A stretch of DNA of 63,998 nucleotides, the filler included, from Lenisia limosa (lineage: Eukaryota; Protista; Breviatea), in assembly GCA_001655205.1 (NCBI GenBank). It is 12 parts of 12 records of this genome, joined end to end, with 100 filler letters (N's around TTAATTAATTAA, not from the genome) between each part and the next. Parts side by side here need not be neighbours in the genome. Positions count along the whole stretch, not along the records: positions 45,429 to 52,309 come from LPNZ01007128.1; positions 52,410 to 54,184 come from LPNZ01004010.1; positions 54,285 to 55,794 come from LPNZ01003492.1; positions 55,895 to 58,895 come from LPNZ01005219.1; positions 58,996 to 61,677 come from LPNZ01008447.1; 7 more parts are not named here. One strand, 5' to 3'. The notes beneath the pieces were generated by a model. The model was not told the origin of the DNA, did no database searches, and was given only the letters and a program-made list of their open reading frames with translations. How positions within the stretch are numbered: position 1 is the stretch's first letter; each line of letters starts with the position of its first letter. The position numbers were made by a program, and so were the translations under genes. This document shows, piece after piece, positions 48,300 through 59,219 of the stretch.

Positions 48300-51076
48300 A
48301 AACAAATTGTAGCAGCATTCTATTTCTCAAAGGAATTTTGTCAGTGTCAGTGTCAACATCTTCTTGAAACATAGTACCATCATATCATATCACTCTCCTC
48401 ACCCCTCCTCCCCCCACTAGCTGATCTTGGGACAATCCTGGGGGTGCCTTGCTGTCATTGAAGGCATCTAAAAAGGCCTGGTTCTGGGCGTCCATATCGC
48501 GTGTCTGCGCCTTCAACTGCGCGTCATCTCGATGGTCAGCAATGTCATGGGATGATGATGACGTGGCATTGCCGTAGACTTGTTGATTGTTTTGCTGGGG
48601 GTACGAATGGAATTGATTACTATACTGGTTTTGGTTCGTTGTATTGCTGGCTCTAGCTGAAGCAGCCTGAGGCATTGTGGGTTTGGTTAAACGACTTTGG
48701 TTTGGGTTGCTTGGGGTCGGGTTGGAATTGGGAAGACTTGAAGGGTTGTTTGCTGAAGGTTTCGCTGCAGGTTTCTGTTGTGCATAGGTTGGCTAGAAGT
48801 TTGAGTACTTGTGAACAATTACATTATCCCTCTTAACCCTTCCCCAACCTGATTGTTTTGGTATGCACACTTAACTCCTTGGGGCTGGGGTTGGGGCTGC
48901 GATGCGGTTGGAGGTTGGGCAGGTTTGGAAGGGGTAGGCTGTATTGTAAGTATGGGCCAGGCCATGATGTCGGACTTTCACGTGAATCTGGTAATATGGA
49001 TATAATATCTGCAATATTATGAATGACTAGGGAGTTTGAATCTAACCAGTGCAATTCGCTATGAGTTCCCCTCTTGCATAGCACTAACTAAAGACATACA
49101 TATTGATTTTGGTTTCTGTCGCGACCCTCGCCCACCTGAACTGCTGGCCGGAGTGCCGATGCTGCAGCTGTGACTTTGGAGGCCTCACTTTCCTTAACTG
49201 ACTGCTGGTCATTCTAAAGATACATAAGGCCTTCAATTCAGTCAATTACTGAACAAAAGAAAACAGGTTGTTTTCTTCAAAGCAAACGCAAATTCTTCCG
49301 GTAAACTATCAAAGCAAAGACTTATTCTTACATATACATATATGTATACATAGCAACCCTGATGACCACAACAATGTACAAACCGTGTAAGGTGAAGGTG
49401 TAGGCTCTTGATGATACTGGAATTGTGAAAACGCCATGTCATACCATACATATCATATACTATATCTCGATCCTTCACTCAGTTCTCGTTTTTATTCCCG
49501 CTTAGGCCCCTTGCCCTCCCCACGGTTCCATCTTTGACCTTCTTAAGGTGGGGTTTGTCATAAACAGAGCCTCCCAGTGCCTAAAACAAGGATTAAAATG
49601 CAAAGAATGCAAAATAGAATTCTTTTACTGTAATACTTAGAAATATATCAGGCTGAAGCCGTCCTTTTTAAGAGATATTGGATGTACCCATCTCCACACA
49701 CCATAGCGAACTCTATACACACCTCCGCCCACTGGTCCAAACTGCCTCAAACAGCGCTTGATTCCATCCGTGACAGCCTCTTTTTTAGCGTTTTCCAAGG
49801 CCACGGCTCGAACCCGGCCATCACCGGTACCAAAGCCGATATCCTGGGGGGGGGGGTGAAAATGGAACGTTTATGACTTTTGGCTTAACATTTGAGAAAG
49901 ACACGAGGTTTTAAAACAAATATCCTGGGCAGCTGACAAGATGAGAATTAATGAAAATAAACTATTTCGAAAAATATTACAGACACACACACTTGGATAA
50001 GAGGTGGTTAAAAATGCACATTCCTCAAGAATACCCACCTGTCTATAAGCCCCATTCTTCAAGACGACTTTCATGATTGCAGTGACGCCAATTGACCATT
50101 TATTTGAGTCTTTGTCTGGTAAAGTAAAATTAGCCAACTTGAACTGGGAAATATATCATATATCATATGATATACTATATAGTATCATATATTATTGATA
50201 TTGTCTTCTCCTCAAACAAAAACAAAACATTTTTTTTATCTACTATTTAGTATTGTTTTTTTTAAAATAAAAAGAACAAGCCATTTCAAGATTTTCCTCA
50301 CAACTTCAGTATTATAGAAATAAATCGATATGTCACCATCACATTTCAAGGATATTCATGTATATGTATGAAACATTCTTCAGGACATTGTTCCAATAAC
50401 CGATAGCACTCCTTGCATAGTCCCCCTTGACATCTATAACCACATCCCACCAGCATAGTCCCCCTTGACATCTANNNNNNNNNNNNNNNNNNNNNNNNNN
50501 NNNNNNNNNNNNNNNNNNNNNNNNNNNNNNNNNNNNNNNNNNNNNNNNNNNNNNNNNNNNNNNNNNNNNNNNNNNNNNNNNNNNNNNNNNNNNACCTTGA
50601 CATCTTCCACTGACGTGCTCCACCCGTCAAAGCCAAAAAGGGAGTTTGCCTAAAAAGTTTATAGAGAAAAATGGTTTTTAAAAAAACAAATCCTTGCAGA
50701 AACTACGGCACAAAAACAAATCCTTGTAGAAACTACCTCACAAAAACAAATCCTTGCAGAAACTATCTCAAAAAAAGGAAACAAAAAAAACAAGGAAATG
50801 ATGGTCTGTGTGATGAAAGGTCAGTTTCATAACATTCATATGGGAAGTAGAAAGCGGGGGGGACCCCCNNNNNNNNNNNNNNNNNNNNNNNNNNNNNNNN
50901 NNNNNNNNNNNNNNNNNNNNNNNNNNNNNNNNNNNNNNNNNNNNNNNNNNNNNNNNNNNNNNNNNNNNNNNGCTTTCCAAAGTCGACTTATCCAGTTGGC
51001 GGCCTAAGTTGACAGTGATCGTCTTCCTCTCCTCCTTCGAGAAGGAGTGACTACCAAAAGACTGTTCGTTATCCAT
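48300..51076 (-). CDS. RAD52: DNA repair and recombination protein Rad52/Rad22 (multi-exon, 3' end approximate)
   Basis: Spliced: MDNEQSFGSHSFSKEERKTITVNLGRQLDKSTLES..., ANSLFGFDGWSTSVEDVK, KWSIGVTAIMKVVLKNGAYRQ|DIGFGTGDGRVRAVALENAKKEAVTDGIKRCLRQFGP|ALGGSVYDKPHL, then a P/Q/N/S-rich C-terminus. These are the hallmark Rad52 motifs (FGFxGWS, AKKEAVTDGxKRxLRxFG). Confidence 0.93.
50682..50771. repeat. Tandem repeat, 3 x 30 bp (RAD52 intron)
   Basis: Unit aaaaacaaatccttgcagaaactacctcac. Confidence 0.9.
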
Positions 51077-51199
51077 CTTAGTGCCTTTCCCTCAATCCTT
51101 TACACAGAGCCGGAGATCCTCTCCACACACCAAGTGTTATTATTCACAGAGAGCCTTTAAAAAAAACGAATGAAAGGAGAGAGAAGGAGAGAAGGAGAG

Positions 51200-51590
51200 A
51201 AGGAGAAACAGATGCTGACCAGACATATGAAAGCAAGTCTCAAGAAACCGGGCCGGCGGAGTTGTTTCCTCACAATTCTTCTTATCTCTCCCCTTTTTGC
51301 TGCAAACTACGATAAAAGTCATTGGTGACCTCCCTTGTTAATGCAGGACCATATAGGACCAAGGGCAGCCTCACCCCTCCAACCTCCTCCGAATCCTCAA
51401 CTGCTTGAACATCATGATCCCCCCAGCCGCCCGGCTGCAACAGTATTTCAGCCCAGGCAAAACAATGAAAGAAACAGTCTTGTGAGTGTTGGTTGCGCCC
51501 AGACCCAGAACAGTGAACCTCTTGTCCAAATGGGAGATTTCAGTCGATCAGGTTTGGAAGGCTTGAGTGTAACGGTCGTTAGCGGGTACC
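51200..51590 (-). CDS. Possible exon(s) of an unknown gene
   Basis: Long frame WYPLTTVTLKPSKPDRLKSPIWTRG...GPALTREVTNDFYRSLQQKG with one TGA, possibly at an unresolved short intron. Confidence 0.3.
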
Positions 51591-52819
51591 ACATGTACCT
51601 GTGTCTGTGCTTGGAATGAATAAATGAATGAATGCATCATATTAAATTTTTTGGGAACTTATATTTGATTATTGTTTGTCATTGAGCTCTGCCATCACCT
51701 TCATAGTGTAATGTTATTTTTGGCAACCACCCTTGGCAAAAAAACCTCCTTCACACTATTAATTATTGCCTTTGGTGGCAGAATAATGCTACTGTCAAAT
51801 ATGTTAGTTTTTTGGATTTCATCAGGTGGTTTCGCAGGTGTCTTATTGTGTGTTAGCATCAAACGAAATACTTTTGAAAATAACGGTTTTGTAATTCCCG
51901 CTGGGACGCTGGGTTTTCCCGTTACACCAGACATGTTGATTTGATGATCTGTTAGTAATCTTTGAAATAAATGCGGTTTTCTGGCTGATCTAATAATCTT
52001 TCAATCTTTCTACGTAATGTAAAAGAGTTCTTCAACACCTCCCTCTTTGTAATGGATATTTAGTTGGACGGGAAGATGCTTCTTCGAGCGTACATGACAA
52101 GCAACATAGGTGAAAAGGGGGAAAGCGTGTGTGCTTGTTTTGTACCCCCCACCTTCTAATTTCCAAATATCCCTGTTCTTGCTCTGTTGCAGGTCTATAG
52201 CTCGATTTGTTATTGTTACTACGATAATTCGTCTGAGTAACTTCTTAGGGCTGTGGTCAATGTAATACAGGCCAGCCCTTCACAACCTCAAGGGCCTCCT
52301 CCTATTCCCNNNNNNNNNNNNNNNNNNNNNNNNNNNNNNNNNNNNNNNNNNNNTTAATTAATTAANNNNNNNNNNNNNNNNNNNNNNNNNNNNNNNNNNN
52401 NNNNNNNNNTTATATCGATATACTATAGGTAGTATACATAGTATACAATATATTATATACTATATAGTATGTCGTACGATGACAATCTGTACATTCATAT
52501 AACATACATGTACATATACTGTATGTATGGTGTATTTCATGCTCTCAACTCTCACCGTCCAGACTAAGACGTACTCTGACTTAACCAACTTTTTTGTTAC
52601 CTCTAAAACGGAGTCATGGAGTGGGTGGTGAATTTAAAGAAGTTATATGTCTTTTGATTGTTGAAATGTGCAGATTTTATCATTATAATCCTGAATCTGC
52701 ACCCTTTTGATCAGTTCTACATCTTAATCCTGTGTACAGCCCAGTCTTAATCCTTTGACAGCCCTTGTATCTTAAAAACAGCCCTTTGATTGGTTTTTTT
52801 TCCCCAGAATTTCACACTT

Positions 52820-54050
52820 CAGAGTATTTTAGCTCGTACAGTTTCTCTTACGCTTTCGGGAACACTTACGGAGTATTTGGGGGGATAGTTTGCAATGGGT
52901 GTACAGTGACCGGGATAAGTATTGACTAATTATCCTTGGGAAGGCATTGCAAATCGGTCAAGACTTATCCCGTTCACTGTATATTTGAAGGAGGTGGGGG
53001 GGGGGGACCAGTCCTGATTGTTGTAACTCTTTAGGTGAGTTTGAAGGCACAAAAGGGCCCTTTAGCAACGAATGATGACGTGTCATTTGACTACATGTTG
53101 ATTTATGTGGGGGGGGGGGGGCTANNNNNNNNNNNNNNNNNNNNNNNNNNNNNNNNNNNNNNNNNNNNNNNNNNNNNNNNNNNNNNNNNNNNNNNNNNNN
53201 NNNNNNNNNNNNNNNNNNNNNNNNNNNNNNNNNNNNNNNNNNNNNNNNNNNNNNNNNNNNNNNNNNNNNNNNNNNNNNNNNNNNNNNNNNNNNNNNNNNN
53301 NNNNNNNNNNNNNNNNNNNNNNNNNNNNNNNNNNNNNNNNNNNNNNNNNNNNNNNNNNNNNNNNNNNNNNNNNNNNNNNNNNNNNNNNNNNNNNNNNNNN
53401 NNNNNNNNNNNNNNNNNNNNNNNNNNNNNNNNNNNNNNNNNNNNNNNNNNNNNNNNNNNCGCGGGTACAAAATACCAGTCAGGGTCGTACTGTAAGAATT
53501 GTGCTGCTAATTCCGGGACTTGCGGCAAAGCCACTACAATGCAGCATTGCCTGTGTCTCCCTGGTTATAGTGGTGGGAGGGGTTATAGTGGGAAGCGTGA
53601 TGGTGTGGACGGCTTCGACCAGATATGTCATGTTTTAGAGCACCTTCATTGTTTTCTGGTTTTTTTAACTTTCAATTTCACAAATTTTAAAACCATTGTT
53701 GTCGGTTTCATAATTTAGAAAACCTGCCTTGGCTCGAAACATTCGAAGAGACAGTGAAGGTCACCTACGCATACCCCTTCTATCTGAAGAGTGCTTCCTC
53801 TACTAGTGGGGGGGGGCTGGCATGTTCACTTCTGGAAGGGAAGGAGGATGAGGAGGATATTGTCCACCGCAATAAGTCCTGGCCATCATCATCATCATCA
53901 TCATCATCACCGCTATTCAGCAAGCTACGGTCCGACAATTGGAGACGCTGCCCCATGTCCAAACGACTACTATGGCAAATTCTTGCACTTCAACCTGTAC
54001 CCCTCATATATCTCCTCGGTGGAAGGGGCAGTTTTGAACAGTGGAAAACG
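52820..54050 (+). CDS. Partial Cys-rich (GCC2/GCC3 or ephrin-receptor-like repeat) surface protein
   Basis: Exons EYFSSYSFSYAFGNTYG, GYKYQSGSYCKNCAANSGTCGKATTMQHCLCLPG, VKVTYAYPFYLKSASS and YSASYGPTIGDAAPCPNDYYGKFLHFNLYP. Confidence 0.6.
52904..52979. mobile_element. Tc1/mariner-type MITE, 76 bp
   Basis: ta|cagtgaccgggataagtattgac...gtcaagacttatcccgttcactg|ta. A second copy lies at 61189-61267. Confidence 0.85.
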
Positions 54051-54130
54051 AAACAATATTATATCATATAATATGTAGTATTTTATATGTTAATAAACTA
54101 GTAATAATATATGATATCATATACTATATA

Positions 54131-54178
54131 TAGGTGGGGGGACATGACCGTGTCCAGGGACATGACCGTGTCCACTTT
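54131..54178 (+). mobile_element. TA-inserted element terminus with duplicated subterminal motif (family D-like architecture)
   Basis: tata|ggtgggggacatgaccgtgtccagggacatgaccgtgtcc at the contig end. Confidence 0.45.
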
Positions 54179-54359
54179 TTAAAANNNNNNNNNNNNNNNN
54201 NNNNNNNNNNNNNNNNNNNNNNNNNNNNTTAATTAATTAANNNNNNNNNNNNNNNNNNNNNNNNNNNNNNNNNNNNNNNNNNNNGGGTGTGTTTCACCGT
54301 TCTCATAAATCAAAAAGTATCTGTTATTTTATATCCCCTGATTTTGTTGAATGTACCAT

Positions 54360-55140
54360 TTATTGCTCCAAAAAACATGAGCCCACCCTTCACAATGGCA
54401 GCCGAACCAGCCTTGTCTGGCATAGTGGATGATGCTGAGGTCCTCAACCGAGGCTACTGACACAGTCTCCAAGGCCTGGGCATAGGAAATTTGCTCAGTT
54501 TTTCGATGACGCTACATTCGGTTAAAGAAGAAATGGATAATGAGAGACAGCGCAAGGCGGAATTGGAGATATTGGGATACGTAATGAACCAAATATTTGT
54601 AAGGGTAACAAGGTTTCAAAGTTGGAGCATTATTTGTGGTTAGCAGTTACACAACGCGAGGTGACATCACATTTCTTGTTTGAAAACAACAACAACAATA
54701 ATAAATAAAAAAAAAATAAAAAAAAACAATACAAGAAGTTATCGACAACTCAGTATATTTCAGAACCNNNNNNNNNNNNNNNNNNNNNNNNNNNNNNNNN
54801 NNNNNNNNNNNNNNNNNNNNNNNNNNNNNNNNNNNNNNNNNNNNNNNNNNNNNNNNNNNNNNNNNNNNNNNNNNNNNNNNNNNNNNNNCGTAAGTTCCTA
54901 GAGTTATGAGGAACACAAAGGATAACAGTAGATTAACTCATGAAAAGACCAAAGACAAACAATATATTATACCAGGATTGACAGATTCCTAAGAAATATA
55001 GGTCAACCGGTCATTGTATTATACCAGATATTAGAAATGAAAAAAAGATTCCTATCTGGTAACGCCGTCCACATGATCACGCAAGAGATATTGCCTCTCC
55101 AAATATGAATTTCTTGCAGAAGGTCTTGAGAGATTGGTAA
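54360..55140 (-). CDS. Gene fragments, unknown product
   Basis: Exon RHRKTEQISYAQALETVSVASVEDLSIIHYARQGWFGCHCEGWAHVFWSNK between ag and gt. Confidence 0.35.
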
Positions 55141-55949
55141 ATGTCCTAATTCAAAATAGAAAAGGGTAGATAAATATAATTATACTCTTGGGGGAGGGGT
55201 TGAGAGCCAGATTGGAAATACTAAAAAAAAGGGTACCAATACATAAGGCACATAGATAGAGTTCCTTGACAGAATTATTGTGAGAACAGAGGGGAAAGGG
55301 TTGTGTACTGCTTGCTTTTTTTTGCATATTCCCTAAATTCAGCTCTTCTGTGATCGCACTCAGACTGGGGGACTTATGTACATGTACATGTACATACATA
55401 TTTACTATATTATTTTTACTTCCATTTTCGTACCATCCTCTTTTTTCCTTGAATTGTTTCCCTGCTATGACACATGTCTGTTTTTTTATACGCAATCATA
55501 TAATTGTATAGATCTATATTTTGTGCTTCGTTGAGTTTTAAGTAGGTAGTAACACTCTAGTTTGGGATCTATTTCCTGGAGGAGCATTTGTTTGCTATAA
55601 TTGTCTCACCAAAAGCCGTGAGTGGATTTAGTGACCATATAAACAACCTTAAATGGTCTGTATGTCCCATGTTATACAAAAACAATAGCTCTAAAGCAGA
55701 TTATTCGTGATGCTGTTGAAATAAAAAAAGCTCATTTTTTTGTCAGCATAACTAGAAGTAGGTATTTCTCGGGTGCTCCACGTGTGTGTGGGAGNNNNNN
55801 NNNNNNNNNNNNNNNNNNNNNNNNNNNNNNNNNNNNNNTTAATTAATTAANNNNNNNNNNNNNNNNNNNNNNNNNNNNNNNNNNNNNNNNNNNNAAAAAA
55901 AAAAAAAAAAAAAAAAAATTAAAAAAAATATCGAAAGTTGAAAACGTAT

Positions 55950-58690
55950 CTTTATTGTGACCGACGGGAGGCCATAAGACAACGCCACGCACCTGCTCGT
56001 TGTCTCCTTCACACTGGTCCAGCACAGTGCACGCCTCGCCACACCACACACAGAACGACATTGTGAGACAGTTGGTACAGGTGGCATGCTTTTGGCACCG
56101 TGTCAACTGGGGATTGGTTGAGTATGGTTCAATGTAAAGTCTTCTGCAAAAAAAAAAAACCCTCAACATACCAGGTTATTCTCAGTCATGTTACAATCCG
56201 CGATATTGANNNNNNNNNNNNNNNNNNNNNNNNNNNNNNNNNNNNNNNNNNNNNNNNNNNNNNNNNNNNNNNNNNNNNNNNNNNNNNNNNNNNNNNNNNN
56301 NNNNNNNNNNNNNNNNNNNNNNNNNNNNNNNNNNNNNNNNNNNNNNNNNNNNTGCATAAAATTAGGGAATTGCGAAGAATAGTAGTCTCAGTGTGGATTA
56401 ATAAACAACAGAAACTCTAAAAATGATGTGACCTATGAGAGGCAAGCATATGAGTATAATATAAAACAAAAACTGAAGTATTTGCCTTCGGAGTTATAGA
56501 GCCGCAAACCTGAGAACTGGGGCATTGGAACTCACAGGTCGTTCCATTCAGAGGGGGCTCATACCTGGTTGCGTGAAGTCCATCACGTTAACAGTATTAA
56601 TCATGAAGTAAATAATGTTGGTATTACAATATCTCTTATGAGCGTGATAGTGTGGACGGCTTCTGCCAGATACAACCTTATTTTGTATTTCTTATAGCTA
56701 TATATAAACTCTGTACATTCAGGAATCATATTAACCGATTTACCTCCACACTCTGAGACCCCTACCCCAAGCAAAATACGAAGCCACTTACATGCAATAA
56801 TCCGTGTCCAGTGGGCCAATGTTGTCTCCACGAACACAGGTGTCCATATTGTCGCACCACAAACAACGAGGGTCGTCACATGACTGCGGCAAGGTCAATA
56901 AATAACTAAGCACTATAATATATTCATGCATTTAAGTATTTTCAATTCCCCTAAAAATATGAATGATTTTAGTTCTGTGTTATTGGCATAACATAATTGG
57001 AGTGGACTCACCGCGCATGTTGGCATAGAGCTGCAGTCCAAACAGTCAGGGTAGTCCCATTGTGCTGCGCGAATAGTCCCATTGAGGGGTCCTGTAGCAT
57101 CGCCACTATAGAATAAGAGATGGTGATGACTATTCTAGCCTTACTTCATCTGATGCACAAAAGTCAACATCATCAGAAACATTTGGATGTGACCCCCTCA
57201 TAGGGAACATAAAAAGAAAATTTCTACCAGAAACACATCAAGAATAATCGATTTTGAAACAAATATCCATCACCCCCCACAGGAAGCACTTGCTTGTCTC
57301 CCTGCTCCATCCACACGACTTATGGGCACTGCAAGCCGGACATGCGTCAAAGGAACAGTCTTGACACTCGTCCAACCACCAGAATGCTCCTGCGGGAAGG
57401 GGGGGGGGGGGNNNNNNNNNNNNNNNNNNNNNNNNNNNNNNNNNNNNNNNNNNNNNNNNNNNNNNNNNNNNNNNNNNNNNNNNNNNNNGGCCAGGCCAGA
57501 CGCTTCGATGTATAATTTTGCGTAAGGGTACCAATCACAAACCGAATAATCTCTTGTCCCAAATAACCATGCAATAAAGAGAGTCGCCTACCATCAGGAT
57601 TGCCTGGACAGATGTCCGTATAGGGACCTTCAACATCACCATGGTTACATGTTCCGGAGGATTCGCACCATCCACACTGAAGGGAATCAAGGAAAATGCA
57701 GAATATTTGAATTAAGTTATACATAGGAGCTCAAGAAACACAACCACCAAAAAAAGAAGTCAGCAGTGGCAGTTGAAGATATACGATGGGTTATGATAGA
57801 GGAAAATACTGTGACTTGATGGGATGATAGAGGAAAATACTGTGACCTGGATGGGATGATAGAGGAAAAGATCGTGACTTGATGGGATGATTGATGAAAA
57901 TAGTGTGACTTGACGGCAGCACCATATTTGAACCAACCTGGGGGTGTAGACCGATGCATGCGGAACAGTTCGTCATAGTACTGCAACTAGGACATTCTGC
58001 GGGAGCAACGTAGGCGTCAACACAAGTGGCATAAGTCGCAGTGGGGCTGCCCTCGACACATGTTTGCGTTGACGCGCACCAAGAGCACACTGATGCTGTT
58101 AAGGTGCCTCGGATACGTAGTCAGAAACGAATTGACGACAAAATGCTCAAAAACTTATTTGAAACAAGTCACCCNNNNNNNNNNNNNNNNNNNNNNNNNN
58201 NNNNNNNNNNNNNNNNNNNNNNNNNNNNNNNNNNNNNNNNNNNNNNNNNNNNNNNNNNNNNNNNNNNNNNNNNNNNNNNNNNNNNNNNNNNNNNNNGTTT
58301 CGACACACGTTATTGTCCCAAGCGTCACACACAGCAAGCGGGTCCTCAGGTCCGGAACTGTCGGAGGCAAATGTCAGAGTTGGTTGGCGATATTTGTGTT
58401 TCATAGATTTGTATACCCCCTTCATTGTGTGTCGTAACTGTTTGCAATTTTGTGTTATATATACATGTATATGATATATATAGCAATGAGAAATAAAAAA
58501 TAAGGTTGTATCAGGCCGAAGCCGTCCACACCATCACGCTATATTGGATTGTTTCAATACAAAATGTATAATGCCCCCCACAAAGAGCCCTTGAGACAGG
58601 TTTGCGTAGACGCGCACCAGCCGCAGCCGCAGCCTGTGGAGCAGCTGTCACAATCACTGAAGTCGTCGCAGTTATCCAGAACCTAGGGGT
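55950..58690 (-). CDS. Partial PSI (plexin/attractin-type) repeat protein
   Basis: Repeated C..C..C.....C.WC.....C units: NCDDFSDCDSCSTGCGCGWCASTQTCLKG, CSWCASTQTCVEG...CSTMTNCSACIG, QCGWCESSGTCNHG and CQKHATCTNCLTMSFCVWCGEAC. Confidence 0.8.
57785..57912. repeat. Tandem repeat, about 4 x 31-32 bp (intronic)
   Basis: Unit gatgggatgatagaggaaaatactgtgactt. Confidence 0.9.
58478..58545 (-). repeat. Family B small dispersed element (representative copy)
   Basis: Consensus tatagcgtgatggtgtggacggcttcggccagatacaacctta...ttctcattgctata. Other full or partial copies at ~1897, 8135, 26285, 39120/39480, 40005, 46318, 49648, 53595 and 56635. Confidence 0.85.
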
Positions 58691-59096
58691 GAAACAAAAT
58701 ACTACCAAAAACACCTTTGCTGGTATAACATTTGACAAACACAGCATAACAAATATCAGATGCAGTATATTGCGTCTTGAAAGCGGTGGCCAAAAATATA
58801 ACTTATAAGAGCTTCGTTTCAGTCACTAAACACAAAGAGATAATCAACTCAATAAAGAACTATTTCACTATGGGATATTAAAAAGTAGTTAATACNNNNN
58901 NNNNNNNNNNNNNNNNNNNNNNNNNNNNNNNNNNNNNNNTTAATTAATTAANNNNNNNNNNNNNNNNNNNNNNNNNNNNNNNNNNNNNNNNNNNNATGTG
59001 TTACACCTCTTAGAGCAGATTACAGTTCCATAAAACATCCCAAAAATTGATACAAGACTATCGCGGATACTTTACTCTGAAAGATATTATCACAAA

Positions 59097-59197
59097 TAGG
59101 GCTTCACTTCAGTTCGAAAAAGACCGGTAAAATATCGATAGTTTTTGAGTATATTTGTTCAAGAAACTCACTTTTTTCGAACCGAAGTGAAACCTTA
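59097..59197. mobile_element. Family A MITE, 101 bp
   Basis: tagggcttcacttcagttcgaaaaagaccggtaaaatatcgat...ttcgaaccgaagtgaaacctta. Confidence 0.85.
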
Positions 59198-59219
59198 AAA
59201 ACAGACCCCCCCCCCCAAA

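Noticed and set aside
57785-57912. CRISPR-like array
   Set aside because: The units are contiguous tandem copies with no unique spacers, in a eukaryotic intron.
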